Assembly (NCBI RefSeq): GCF_006345805.1
Contig: NC_042997.1
Coordinates: 13,454,001 to 13,518,000, forward strand
Reading direction: 5' to 3'
Origin: Octopus sinensis
Taxonomy: Eukaryota
Length of the DNA stretch: 64,000 nucleotides
Below are positions 1 through 11,410 of the stretch, piece after piece. The notes beneath the pieces are model-generated. The model did not search any database. It was not told the DNA's origin and saw only the letters and a list, made by a program, of their open reading frames with translations. Each line of letters begins with the position of its first letter. Within the stretch, counting starts at the first letter, position 1. Made by a program: the position numbers and the translations under genes.

Positions 1-118
1 ACCAAATTTACTCACAAGGCTTTGGTCAACCCGAAGCTATAGTAGCAGGCCTTTGCCCAGCGCAGAGGGCCTGAATCCGGGACCATGTCGTTGTGAAGCA
101 AGCTTCTTATCATACAGC
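1..118 (-). mobile_element. SINE family A, decayed 5' part (cut by the window start)
   Basis: Matches the reverse complement of the head of the full copies at 14674 and 39729 (accaaat..actcacaaggctttggtc..gctatagtag). Confidence 0.8.
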
Positions 119-274
119 TGGAAGATGGTGGGGGCTCGCTCACCTGCTTACAATATGTATCGGATGCAGATTGCATCGATAACCAACTGGAGGAGGTGTC
201 CTCATGGGGCTAAATAGGGTATTAACGTCGGTTCCTACGTAACAGCCATGTTGAAGTGGAAATAAACATCACTT

Positions 275-338
<64 letters not shown>

Positions 339-389
339 TTATTTCCACTACAACATGGCTGTTATATATATATATACATATACATATAT

Positions 390-691
390 GGAGGCACAAT
401 GGCTCAGTGGTTAGGGTAGCGGACTCGCAGTCGTAGGAACGCGGCTTCGATTTCCAGACCGAGCGTTTTGAGTGTTTATTGAGCGAAAACACCTAAAGCT
501 CCACGAGGCTCCGGCAGGGGGTGGTGGCGATCCCTGCTGTACTCTTTCGTCACAACTTTCTCTCACTCTTTCTTCTGTTGGCCTGCCGCTTAGCCAAGCG
601 GGGTGGCGTCATTTGAAGGCTAAAACAATGCGAAGCGCATTGTGACAGCGAACGTGTAGCAACATCTGATAGCCTGGTCGGTCACGGTCAC
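390..691 (+). mobile_element. tRNA-derived SINE family B with tail type 1 (B1), inserted in (TA)n
   Basis: A box TGGCTCAGTGG and B-box-like CTTCGATTTCC. Head nearly the same as 52303 and 28020(-). Tail ..ggcgtcatttgaaggctaaaacaatgcgaagcgcattgtgac..ggtcggtcac is shared with 42022-42295 and 12270-12365. Confidence 0.85.
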
Positions 692-698
692 ATATACA

Positions 699-737
<39 letters not shown>

Positions 738-1044
738 GTATGTATTTATATATATATATATGTATTTATATATATATATAAATACATATAGAAAACAGAC
801 ATATATAGACAGAGGAGACAGAGACAGACGCACTGTCAGACACACAGACAGATAGACATACGGATGGATGGAGAAAAGATGGACGGTTAGGTACGTTGTA
901 AAGTAGGGCTGACAAGTGGCAATATAGGTATATTAAAATGAAGTATGAAAGGTTTCACACACACACACACATACACACACAGAGCCCAACGTAACAGGCA
1001 AGCCAACATAGATGCATGTGGATATATATATATATTATATATAC

Positions 1045-1100
<56 letters not shown>

Positions 1101-1964
1101 ATCACGTGACCGAATGACGCCTTCGAATGACGCCACCCGCTGGCTAAGCGAGCAGGCCAAGTGTTTCCTTGTGTAGTATGTCCTGTACTCTGTTTTTCTG
1201 TTGTAAAAAAATGGTTTTTCCGTTTTCGTTTCTCGTTGAGTTCTACGTCTAGTTGTGGTGTCCTGTACTCACGTATATATATTTATATATGCATGTATAT
1301 ATACATGTAGATGTAGGTACGTACATATATGTTTGTATGTATGCATATATTTTATTTATTACACTATATATATGTATATATATAGTCGTGTATCTTATTT
1401 TGTGATGATACATGACGTAATTTATGAATTTCTACATGTTTATATATGTATACTTAAATATGTTATTTTCATTTCATGTGCCCTTTTTTCCCTATATTAA
1501 CCTTTTATAGCAACGCGTATAAAATTGTAAGTTTGTGTGAATAAGTGGTCGTGCGTTTGTAGAAGTGCATTTGTTGTGTATGTGTTAGTGTGTTTTGGGG
1601 TGGGGTAGTTTGTGCATACTATACGCTGATTTTTTTCTTTTATGCGTGAAAGAGAAATATACCGACTGAGACTAGGGAGACGTGAGAAAATAAATTCCGG
1701 TATTATTGGGTAGAAAAAAATTATGAATTTATTGTCACCCATAGCTACAGCAACAACAACAACAACAAGAGTAATAGCAACTGCTGAAAAACCAGTACAT
1801 TGACTACAAAAACAACAACAACAAAAAATGAATAATACAAAACAGCAAAAGCAAGGTAGTAACTCAAGAAAAGAAAGAAAAACTTCTGTGGAAAATAAAA
1901 CCAACAGGTAGAAAAATAGTGACAGAGAAATAGTAGGGCTCGTAATGTTGATATCATTAGTCAG

Positions 1965-3030
1965 GCAGAATTAGCTGGCAGAATTAGCTGGCAGAATTGT
2001 TAGCACGAGTGGTAAAATGTTAGCGGCATTTTCCCCGTCTTTAAGTTCAGAGATCAAATTCCGTCGAGGTCGATAAAATAAGTGCCATTTGACCAGCGGG
2101 GTCAAAGTAAATCTTCTTATTCCTCGAATTTGCTGGCCTTGTATCACAATTTGAAAAAGTTTTGTTATTATTGTTACTACCAAGAAGGCGGCGAGCTGGC
2201 AGAATCGTTAGTACGCCGAGTGAAATTCTTAGCGAAATTCTTAACATCTTCTGATGTTACGTTCTGAGTTCAAATTCCGCTGAGGTCGACTTTGCCTTTC
2301 ATCCTTTCGGGGTTGATAAATTAAGTACCTGTTAGGCACTGGAGTGAATGTAATCGACTTAATCCCTTTGTCTGTCCTTGTTTGTCTCCTCTAAGTTTAA
2401 CCATTGTGGGCAATAAAGGAATAAGAATCGTTAGCACGTGGTATTTCGTCTGTCGCTACGTACTGAGTTCAAGTTCCGCCGAGATCAACTTTGACTTTCA
2501 TCCTTTCGGAGTCGTTTAAATAAGTACCAGTTACACACTGGGGTCGATGTAATCGACGTAATCCCTTCACTCAAATTTTGGACCTTGTGCCTACAGTAGA
2601 AAGGATTATTATTACTATTAAGGCGGTGATCTGACAGAATTGTTAGCACGCCGAGCGAAATGCTTACCGGTATTTTGTCCGTCTACACGTTCTGAGTTCA
2701 AATTACAGCGATGTCGACTTTGCCTCTCATCTCTTCGGGGTCGATAAATAAAATAAGGTACCAGTTGAGCAGTGGGGTCGATGTAATAGACCAAAATTTG
2801 AAACATATCATTAATGTCCTTTAAGATGGTGAGCTGGCAGAATCGTTAGCACGCCGGACAAAATATTTAGCGGCATTTCATGTCTTTTCGTTCTGAGTTC
2901 AAATTCGGCCGTAGTCGACTTTGCCTTTCATCGTTTCAGGCTCCATAAAATAAGCGCTATTTAAGCACTGAGGTCGAGGTACCCGACTAACCTATCTCCC
3001 AAAATTGCTGGCCTTGTGCCAAACTTTGAA
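1965..3030 (+). mobile_element. Head-to-tail cluster of about 5 SINE family C units
   Basis: Repeated ggcggcgagctggcagaatcgttagcacg..gagttcaaattccgccgaggtcgactttgcctttcatcctttcggggtcgataaa..agtacc units with A/B-box-like motifs and (ATT)n linkers. The central motif resembles the Meta/MESC SINE domain as I recall it. Confidence 0.85.
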
Positions 3031-3039
3031 TGATGTTCT

Positions 3040-3630
3040 TAATAGTTGTGAAGACATCGGTGGTAGTGGTCGTTGTGGTGGGAGTGGGGCAGCATCAGTG
3101 GTGACTTTGTTGTTATTGTTGTTAGTGGTGCTGGCGTCGGTTTCGGTAGTTAGTGGGCATCATGAGATGATGTATTGGTAATGGCGATAGTGTTGTTGTT
3201 AGTGGTGGTAGTGGTGTTAGTAGTAGTGTTGTTGTTAGTGGTAGTGATTGTATTGTTGGTCTGTTTCTTGTTTATATGGGTTGAGTTGGTGTTGATGATA
3301 AGGTGTGGTTCTGGCGCGCCAATGGTGATATAAGGCTGGTAGGATAGAATAGTTGCATAACCGCTGCGAAATGTTCTGTAACATCCAACCATTGAGGTTG
3401 GTCGTGAGGAGAATACAGTGGTGATGATTTAGCTGTTACTAAAGTGGTGTTATTTGTGGCAGCCTGGTTGTGGTGGTAGTGAAGTGGTATGTGAGGTGAC
3501 AGAAAGAGTAGGTGATAGTACTATTGTTGATACAAGTCTTGGCGTTAATGGATGTACTACTTGTGGTAGTAATGTTGGTGGTTTTAGTGGTGAATGTAAC
3601 AATTATGGGAGTGGTGACACTGTTTTAAGT
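3040..3630. repeat. Degenerate GGT/TAG/GTT trinucleotide low-complexity tract
   Basis: Seen directly in the sequence. Confidence 0.85.
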
Positions 3631-3631
3631 G

Positions 3632-3757
3632 CATGGTAAGAAGTTTCTTTCACAATCACTTCAGTCCGAGTGGCATCTTGAGCAAGTAACATTTACTATA
3701 GCCCTGGGCCAACTAAAGCCTTGTGAGTTGATTTGGTAGGCAGGAACTGAAAGAAGT
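3632..3757 (+). mobile_element. SINE family A, decayed 5' fragment
   Basis: actatagccctgggccaactaaagccttgtgagttgatttggtaggcaggaactgaaagaag matches the family A head. Confidence 0.7.
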
Positions 3758-3818
3758 TATATATATATAAGTAAGTTATATCTCTAAATGTAATGTGTGA
3801 CAATTATTCGGTAGCCAT

Positions 3819-3879
3819 GATAAAACTCCGATTTTCGGATGTCGAAGTGGAAACCCACGCCGCCATCTCTTCAGTTATC
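3819..3879 (-). ncRNA. Type I hammerhead ribozyme-like motif
   Basis: Minus strand reads GAUAA CUGAAGA GAUG(gcggcGUGGguuuCCACuucga)CAUC C GAAA aucggag UU UUAUC. Stem I is GAUAA/UUAUC; stem II is long. Confidence 0.7.
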
Positions 3880-3943
3880 CAGCCATCAGAAAAAATGCTT
3901 CAGAAATAGAGGGTTCATTTTCATAGCAATTTTCCGATGGCCG

Positions 3944-4004
3944 GATAACTGAAAAGATGGCGGTGTGGATTTCCACCCCGACATCTGAAACTCGAAGTTT
4001 TATC
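3944..4004 (+). ncRNA. Type I hammerhead ribozyme-like motif (G8A mutated core)
   Basis: GAUAA CUGAAAA GAUG(gCGGuGUGGauuuCCACcCCGa)CAUC U GAAA cucgaag UU UUAUC. Inverted partner of 3819-3879. Confidence 0.6.
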
Positions 4005-4119
4005 ATGGCTACCGAATAATTGTCACATATTACATTTAAAGATAAATTCCTCTATTTACATAATATCGAGGTCTTTTTCATTCCTTTTTTGTCTTACTAT
4101 TTCTATCAATATATGCAAG

Positions 4120-4160
<41 letters not shown>

Positions 4161-4164
<4 letters not shown>

Positions 4165-4857
4165 ATTAAGAGGAATGACCACTAAAGTGGACACCTAATA
4201 TGCTAAACGTAGACGTCAAATCGCCATTACCACGAAGAATGTGTTCTCAAGATAAAATCTCAGCAAAACGCCAAAATATAAAAACGAGCAGGACAAATGA
4301 AAATACGAAATTAAAGACGATTATCTACGTACCACGGTTTCACTTGTAAATATTTACGTATGTAAACAGGCAAATATCTGCAAGATCGTCAGCCTAGTCT
4401 GTCGCTTACAAAACACAATTTCCAAAACTAGATACAGAACACTCAACCGAAATAAAGTATGTATAAAGTTCTACAATTTATATTTGGGTGTATTGTTCAA
4501 ATGTCTTCACTTTGGCGCACTGAGGCTGGAAATAACTCTGCAGTTAATGAATTTCAGTAGCTAATTTACCGTTTAGAGAACATTTTCATTTAAAATTAAA
4601 TAATAAGGTTAGAAATTGATATTAATCAATTAAAACCAGTGGCTTAGCATATCTAAAAAATTCGAAGATTAAAAATTGTGTTACATACAAAATTAAGAGG
4701 AATGACCACTAAAGTGGGCGCCTAATATGCTAAACATATACGTCAAATCGGCATTACTTAGTTTTGAATGTAACATAATTTCTAATCTTCGGATTTTTTA
4801 AATATGCTAAGCCACTGGTTTTAATTGGTTGATATGAATTTCCAATTTCTACCCTTT
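4161..4857 (-). mobile_element. Terminally redundant 527-bp-period element with an inverted end and a hammerhead (PLE/retrozyme-like)
   Basis: 67-bp direct repeat at 4164-4230 and 4691-4757. Inverted repeat about 4604-4691 vs 4761-4856. Both ends abut (TA)n. Confidence 0.65.
4324..4398 (-). ncRNA. Type I hammerhead ribozyme-like motif
   Basis: Minus strand reads aCUAgG CUGACGA U CUUGCAGAUAUUUGC-loop-GUAAAUAUUUACAAG U GAAA CCguGG UA CgUAGa. Stem II is about 15 bp; stem III is a near-palindrome (ACCGUGGU). Confidence 0.75.
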
Positions 4858-4881
4858 ATATATATAGATATATATATATAT

Positions 4882-5018
4882 ATAACGGGAAGTTTTATGA
4901 AAATAAACAAAAGACGAAGACAAGTGGAATACAAACAAACAATTGTATTAGTATGGCGCTCAGGAATATAAATAAAACAAGTCTTTTACGTTTCGAGCCT
5001 ACGCTCTTCAACAGAAAG

Positions 5019-5022
<4 letters not shown>
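4882..5022 (-). mobile_element. Short (TA)n-embedded repeat carrying a minimal hammerhead (PLE 3'-end-like)
   Basis: Homologous to 15110-15234 and 56195-56312. All three are flanked by (TA)n. Confidence 0.7.
4982..5019 (-). ncRNA. Minimal hammerhead-like motif with CUGUUGA core variant
   Basis: UCUUU CUGUUGA A GAGC guag GCUC GAAA CG UA AAAGA. Stem I 5 bp, stem II 4 bp, palindromic ACGU stem III. Confidence 0.65.
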
Positions 5023-5067
<45 letters not shown>

Positions 5068-5475
5068 TATACATGCTTATATGGGGACAGGACGTCACCA
5101 ACGGTGCAAATAACATGAAATACGTAAACAACGAGAACAAATGGAAAACAGGACAAGTGAATACAGAGAAAGAACACTTCATCAGTTGCCAGCTGTCTAT
5201 CTACACCTCATTTCGAGCAATAAGACCGAGAGAATAAGTACTAGGCTTTAAAAAAATAAGTACTTGTGTCGATTCGTTCAAGGCGGTGCTCCAGCACGGC
5301 CACAGTCCAATGATGGACACAATCAAAAGATAGTGAAGGGAGCGTTGTGGTGGTGGTGGTGGTGGTGGTATGCTAACGGCGGCGTTGATACTGGATAGGA
5401 ACAATTTTTATGAGTTTACCAGTGCAATGTTTGAAATGGGGTTGTTATTCGGGTGATGTGAGAGGTGAGGGGAAC

Positions 5476-5526
<51 letters not shown>

Positions 5527-5914
5527 TACACAAGGGTACTCAATCTGCGTTTACATGTGTTTACTGAAGTGTGACGCTCCAACGTATTCTCTACATCAAT
5601 GAGAAACAGTAGATAAATCTCCGTCAAATCATATTTTCACCCACACATTCCCGAAAAACGGCATGCTGAGTAACGTTGTTAGGTAATGCGTTAACCGCAC
5701 ATGGGAAACTTGACGGGATTTGTCTGTTTAGTTCTAGGCCCACTAAGGGCTAACCAACAGTACAAACTGGTGTACAGATTGAATACAATTTATTATTATG
5801 TTGAAACTGTAAAACCGAAGACAACCTCACAAGACACGTGACTATCTATTCAGCTGTCTGGCGTTGCATACCCTGGACTATATTAACAAATGCATCCTTT
5901 ATTATTTTACGCTG

Positions 5915-6125
5915 TAGCGAGCTGGAAGAATCGATTGCACGCTCGGCAAAATGCATTCCGATATTTCTTCAGGCTCTTTTATGTTCTGAGTTCAAATCCT
6001 ATCGTGGTCAACTTCGCATTTCAGCCTTTCAAGGTCGATAAAATAAAGTATTCGTCATGTACTGGGGTCGATGTAGTCGACTAAACCCCTTCTCTTAAAA
6101 TTACTGGCCTTGTGTCGAAATTTAA
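5915..6125 (+). mobile_element. SINE family C, diverged copy
   Basis: gcgagctggaagaatcg..ttctgagttcaaatcc..gtcgataaaataaagta..actggggtcgatgtagtcgac. Confidence 0.75.
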
Positions 6126-6422
6126 AATGATCATTTTACGACGGTAGCTTTAACCTGGGTGTAATACGAGGGATATTTGGCTGCTATTTCTAGCAAATCA
6201 AGCAAACACATTGTCATTCTTTCTAGCGTGTGACTGAAGCGGTTACAGTATTTGGTGGTATTGCTGTCGAATGCCTGCAGTAGTAGTAGTGGTAGTGGTG
6301 ATGACAGGGGTAGTGTAGGGTTGATAGTGGCTGACGGTGGTGGTGGAGGTGGTGATGGAGGTGGCGTGGGGAGGTATTGATAGTGGTGATCATTCTGTCA
6401 TTGATGGTAGTCGTGCTGGATA

Positions 6423-6848
6423 AGGCGGCATGCTGGCAGAAACGTTAGCACGCCGGGCGAAATGCGTGGCGGTATTTCGGCTGCCGTTACGTTCTGAGTT
6501 CAAATTCCGCCGAGGTTGACTTTGCCTTTCATCCTTTCGGGGTCGATAAATATAGTACCAGTTACACACTGGGGTCGATGTAATCGACTTAATACGTATG
6601 TCTGTCCTTGTTTGTCCCCTCTGTGTTTAGCCCCTTGTGGGTAATAAAGAAATAGAAATAGGTATTTCGGCTGCCGTTAAGTTCTGAGTTCAAATTCCGC
6701 CGAGGTCGACTTTGCCTTTCATCCTTTCGGGGTTGATTAAATAAGTACCAGTTACGCATTGGAGTCGTTGTAATCGACTTAATCCGTTTGTCTGTCCTTG
6801 TTTGTCTTCTCTGTGTTTAGCCCCTTGTGGGTGGTAAAGAAATAGGTA
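6423..6848 (+). mobile_element. SINE family C, dimeric copy
   Basis: A full unit followed by a near-identical headless unit starting at ggtatttcggctgccg. Confidence 0.85.
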
Positions 6849-6995
6849 GTCGTGCTGGTTGTTAGTGGAAGGTCTGTGATAGTGAAAGTGATGACTAGAA
6901 GTGACAGTGGTGATGGTGGTGGTGGAGGTGTAGGTGGTGGTGCTGCTGCTGCTAATGATGATGATGATAGTAGTGGTCAATGAAGTGATATAGAC

Positions 6996-7175
6996 CAGGG
7001 GTCTCCAAAGTGGTCGATATCGACCCCTGCGGGGGAGGAGGGTCGATGGGACTATTCAAGGGATCAATGAAACTGCACATCTACTTACTATTTATTTACT
7101 TTCGTGGCTGGGGGTCGATGAGGGGTCAAGGATTCCATGGAGGAGTTGATGGTCTAAAATGTTTGGGGACCCTTG
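6996..7175. mobile_element. hAT (Charlie-like) MITE, 180 bp
   Basis: TIRs CAGGGGTCTCCAAA / TTTGGGGACCCTTG. Exact 8-bp TSD ATATAGAC at 6988-6995 and 7176-7183. Confidence 0.9.
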
Positions 7176-7379
7176 ATATAGACGATGTTGTTGTTTAGCT
7201 TCACATAATCCCGGGTCTTGCAAAGGCATGACAAAAAACATTACAACCGTGACCATCCCCATATACTGGATAATATACTCTGTAATGAGAATACATTATC
7301 CAATATATTCTTCTTTATTATATAGAACAGAAGGGTTTGAATTCAGGGAAACTTAGCTGCTATATCTAGCATTTCTAGC

Positions 7380-8135
7380 GGAGTGGGTTCGGTAATGTTT
7401 ATAGTAATGATTATGGTACAATTAGCTGCTGCATCTAGCAGATCTATCGGGATAGAGCTGATAGTATCAATAGTGGTGTTTGTTGGACGTTTAGCTGCTA
7501 TGTCTAGCGAGGTGGGGTTGATAGTGCCGATGGAGTTGTTTGTGATTGTGATGTACGTGGTGGTAAATATAGAAATTGTAGTATTGGTGGTTGTAGTAAT
7601 GATGACCGGAGGATTGCGGTAGCTGCGGTTGTAGTGTGATATGGTGGTGGGGTGGTGATGGTTGTGGTGGTGGTGGTAATGGTGATACTAGCGATGTTAG
7701 AGATAGTAGTGGGGAAGAGGTGATTATGATGTTGGTGGTAGTATTAGAGGTGACGGTGGTGGTGATGGTGGTGGTGATGGTGGTGATGGTGACGATAGTG
7801 GTAGTTATAGCAGTAGTGGTGGTGGCGGAGGAGGAGGAGGAGGTGGTGGTTGTGATGATGATGGTGATGGTAGTAGAGGTGGAGGTGGTGGTGGTGGTTT
7901 TGGTGGCGGCGTTGATGTTAGTAGTGGTAGTAGTTGTGGCATTGCTGTTGATGATGGTTGCGGTGATGGTGGTGGAGACGAACTCATGGTTTGTATTAAC
8001 TTGGATGGTGTTGGCAACCAAATCGGATATTTCACATCAACCGCTGGTGCCGTGGGTGCCGTTGCAGTCGGCTCTTTACTGCTGCTGGAGTCCCAGAGAT
8101 GGGGATGGTTGGTTGTAGTAGTAGTAGTAGTAGTC
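7380..8135. repeat. GGT/GAT/TAG trinucleotide low-complexity tract
   Basis: Seen directly; explains the poly-T/V/P ORFs. Confidence 0.9.
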
Positions 8136-8137
8136 GT

Positions 8138-8477
8138 ATTTTACTTGTTTCAGTCATGTGAATGTGGCCATGCTGGAGCACCGCCTTTAGTCGAACAAAT
8201 CGACCCCAGGACTTATTCTTTGTAAGCCTAGTACTTATTCCATCGGTCTTTTTTTGCCGAACTGCAGTTCGGCAAAAAGGACCGATAGAACAAGTATGTA
8301 TATATATATATATATGTATGTACGCCGGGCTTCTTTCAGTTTCCGTCGACCAAATCCACTCACAAGGCTTTGGTCGACCCGAGGCTATAGTAGAAGACAC
8401 TTGCCCAAGGTGCTACGCAATGGGACTGAACCCGGAACCACGTGGTTGGTAAGCAAGCTACTTACCACACAGCCACT
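8138..8477 (-). mobile_element. SINE family A with an internal fold-back rearrangement
   Basis: Family A tail and head are intact. The middle is replaced by a palindrome at 8232-8296. Confidence 0.85.
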
Positions 8478-8629
8478 ACAACAGTGTTTGTGCTACTATT
8501 TTGATTACTGATTAGTCTCAGGTGAGAGGTCAACCACGAGCAAACAGACATGGTTAAACACATTTTAGCCAGATGGCTATTCGGTCAATTGTAAAAGGAC
8601 AAACACATAGAGAAATGCACAAATAAGCT

Positions 8630-9945
8630 AATAGGCAAGAGTAGTTGTTGTCTGGTTAAGAAACTAGCTTTGTAACCGAGTGGTTTTGGGTTCTGTCTCA
8701 CAGCGCCGCACATTTGGCAAGTGACTTCTAAGAAAAGTGCCGATAAATACCTTGTGAGGGGAAGCCAGTTCCGTCGCAGGTGTATATATACATATTCTTC
8801 TAATGGTTTCAGTCATTTGACTGTGGCCATGCTGCAGCATGCTGAATCGACCCCGGGACTTATTCTTTGTAAGACTAGTACTTATTCTATTAGTCCTTTT
8901 TTGCCGAACCGCTGTTATGGTACCACGCGGTGAGACTGAACCCGCAACCAGTGGTTGAGAAGCAAAGTTCTTACTACATAGCTACGCCCCCCCCACACAC
9001 ACATACACACATCTTTTATGTACAATTTTTCTTTTCTTTCAGTTATTAAACTGTGGTCATGCTGGGGCACCGCCTTGAAGAATTTTATTCGAACGAATCG
9101 AGAGTAGTTATATTGATTTTAACTCTAGTTATTTATTCTATTGGTCTGTTTTGCAGAACCACCAAATTATAAGGATGTAAACAGACCAACACAGGTTCTC
9201 AAGAGGTAAAGAGAACACACACACACACACACACACACACAAATATTTTTGTACTTTTTACTTGTTTCAGTCTTTTGACTGCGGCCATGTTGGAGCACCG
9301 CCTTATAGAGTTTTAGTCGAAGAAATCGACTCCAGGACTCATTCCTCGTATGCCTCGCACTTATTCTATCGCCGAACCACTATGTTACCCGAATACAAAC
9401 GCATTAGTGATGGCAGGGGGAGGGCACAGACTTACACACAAAAAAACATACATATATTTATTTATACGGCGGACTTCTTTCAGTTTCCGTCTACCAAATC
9501 CACTCACAAGATTTTGGTCGGCCCGAGGCTATAGGAGAAGACACTTACCCAAGGTGCCATATACGTACACACACATATCTATATTTGTATTATGTATGTA
9601 TGAGTGCTTGAGCGTGTTTGCCCCACCACCAACGCTTGACAACCGGCGTTAGTTTGTGTACGTCCCCTCATAACTTAGCAGTTCGTTAAAAAAACCGTTT
9701 AAATAAGTACCGGTTTAAAAATATATACTGGAGGTAATAGACATCCAGCACTGCTGTCAATAGCAGTAACAACCACCACAAAAACAATAACATATGAATC
9801 AATGAGGACATCTTTATGTGGCAACATAGAAGGCTAGAAATAGCAGTTAAATAGAGGAGGTAATTTATTCGACTAAACTCTTCAAGGCGATGCCCCAGCA
9901 TGACCGCAGTGCAATCAATGAAACAAGTAAAAGATAAAAGATAAG
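8630..9945. mobile_element. Cluster of decayed or partial SINE family A copies in both orientations
   Basis: Recurrent tttcagtcatttgactgtggccatgctg, ccaaatccactcacaag and gaaacaagtaaaagataaaag motifs. Confidence 0.75.
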
Positions 9946-10139
9946 AAAGAAAAGGGAACGTGTCTGTAAAGGCAGTAAGATGTTTTCTGCCGAATATTTA
10001 ACTGCTATTTCTAGCCTTCTATGTTGCCACATAGAGATGTCCTCATTGATTCATATATTATTGTTTTTGTGTGGTGGTTGTTACTGCTATTGACAGCAGT
10101 GCTGGATGGCTATCGAAAATAAATGCGAAGTATATAATA

Positions 10140-10241
10140 TTTGTTGATGGTGACTGGCACTTGGGTTTGGTTAAAATGAGAGGATGCTTCTAGCGTTGTT
10201 GCTGATGCTGTGATGAGCAATGACGGACATCCATCACTGTT

Positions 10242-10290
<49 letters not shown>

Positions 10291-10294
10291 CAGC

Positions 10295-10336
<42 letters not shown>

Positions 10337-10337
10337 T

Positions 10338-10371
<34 letters not shown>

Positions 10372-10835
10372 CAGTAGTAGTGCTGATGATGCTAGTAGCA
10401 GCTATGGTGGTGGTGGTGGTGGTGGTGGTGGTGGTGGTGGTGTTAGTGGTGGGGGAGGTATTGGTGGCGGCGGTTATGGTGATGGTGTTGGTGTTTGTGG
10501 TGTGGTGGTAGTGGACGCTGTCGAGGGGGGGGGGTATCTATCTTTGGAGGTAGCAGGTTGATAATGGTGTAAGTGGTAGTGGCGGTGGTAGTGGTAGTGG
10601 TAACGGTGGTGGTGGTGGTGTTAGTGGTGGTGGTAGTGAGACAAGTCGCGGAGGTGTTGCAAGTTGTGTCATTATCGAGGGAGGGGCGGTGATGGCAGTA
10701 GTAATGCAGGTGGTTGTGGTATGGGCGATAGTGATGGTGGTGGTGGGGCATTTTAGCTTGTAACGGTGGTGGTTGTATTGAAGACAATAATAATAAAACG
10801 ACTGGAAATATTTTATTATTGACAGTAGCAGTAGC

Positions 10836-10896
<61 letters not shown>

Positions 10897-11410
10897 ACGG
10901 TGGATGCGGTAGTGGTGGTGGCGGAGGCGGCGGCGGCGGAGGTGACAACAGCATCAGCAACAGTAGCAGTAGTAGTAGCAGCAGCAGCAGCAGTAGTAAT
11001 AGTAGTAGTAGTTGTTGTTGTTGTTGTTGTTATGCCAGCGACAGTCTTTATACTGGGGGTTAAGGTAATGGTGGTGTTATTGTTTAAAAATGGTAAGAAG
11101 ATGTTGATGGTCGCAAATATATATATATATATAGACACATATCTACATATACTATATATATATATATATATAGAGATAGATATAATATATATATACATAT
11201 ATTATATATACATATACAATATAATATATATATATAATATATTATATATATATATATATTATAGATTTGACATATATATAGATATATATATATATTCATA
11301 TACATAATATATATATATAAGATATCTATATATATATATATTATATATAATACTATATATATATATAGATATATATATATATAAAATTTATATATTATAT
11401 ATATAATATT
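10140..11410. repeat. Compound (TAG)n/(GGT)n/(CAG)n/(GTT)n tract followed by degenerate (TA)n
   Basis: Seen directly in the sequence. Confidence 0.95.

Larger units (their letters stand above)
3777..4112 (+). mobile_element. Fold-back non-coding element in (TA)n, Penelope-like pLTR with an inverted partial copy
   Basis: Inverted arms about 3777-3899 and 3926-4045, each with a hammerhead-like core, followed by a unique pyrimidine-rich tail. (TA)n on both sides. Confidence 0.65.

Noticed and set aside
1965-3030. CRISPR-like array
   Set aside because: Units are ~200-bp SINEs without unique spacers; eukaryotic context and no cas genes.
7491-11307. Thr-rich mucin-like ORFs (7491-8021, 10443-11198) and poly-Val ORFs
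   Set aside because: Open in several frames and both strands simply because of trinucleotide repeats; they run into (TA)n and have no credible start or splice structure.
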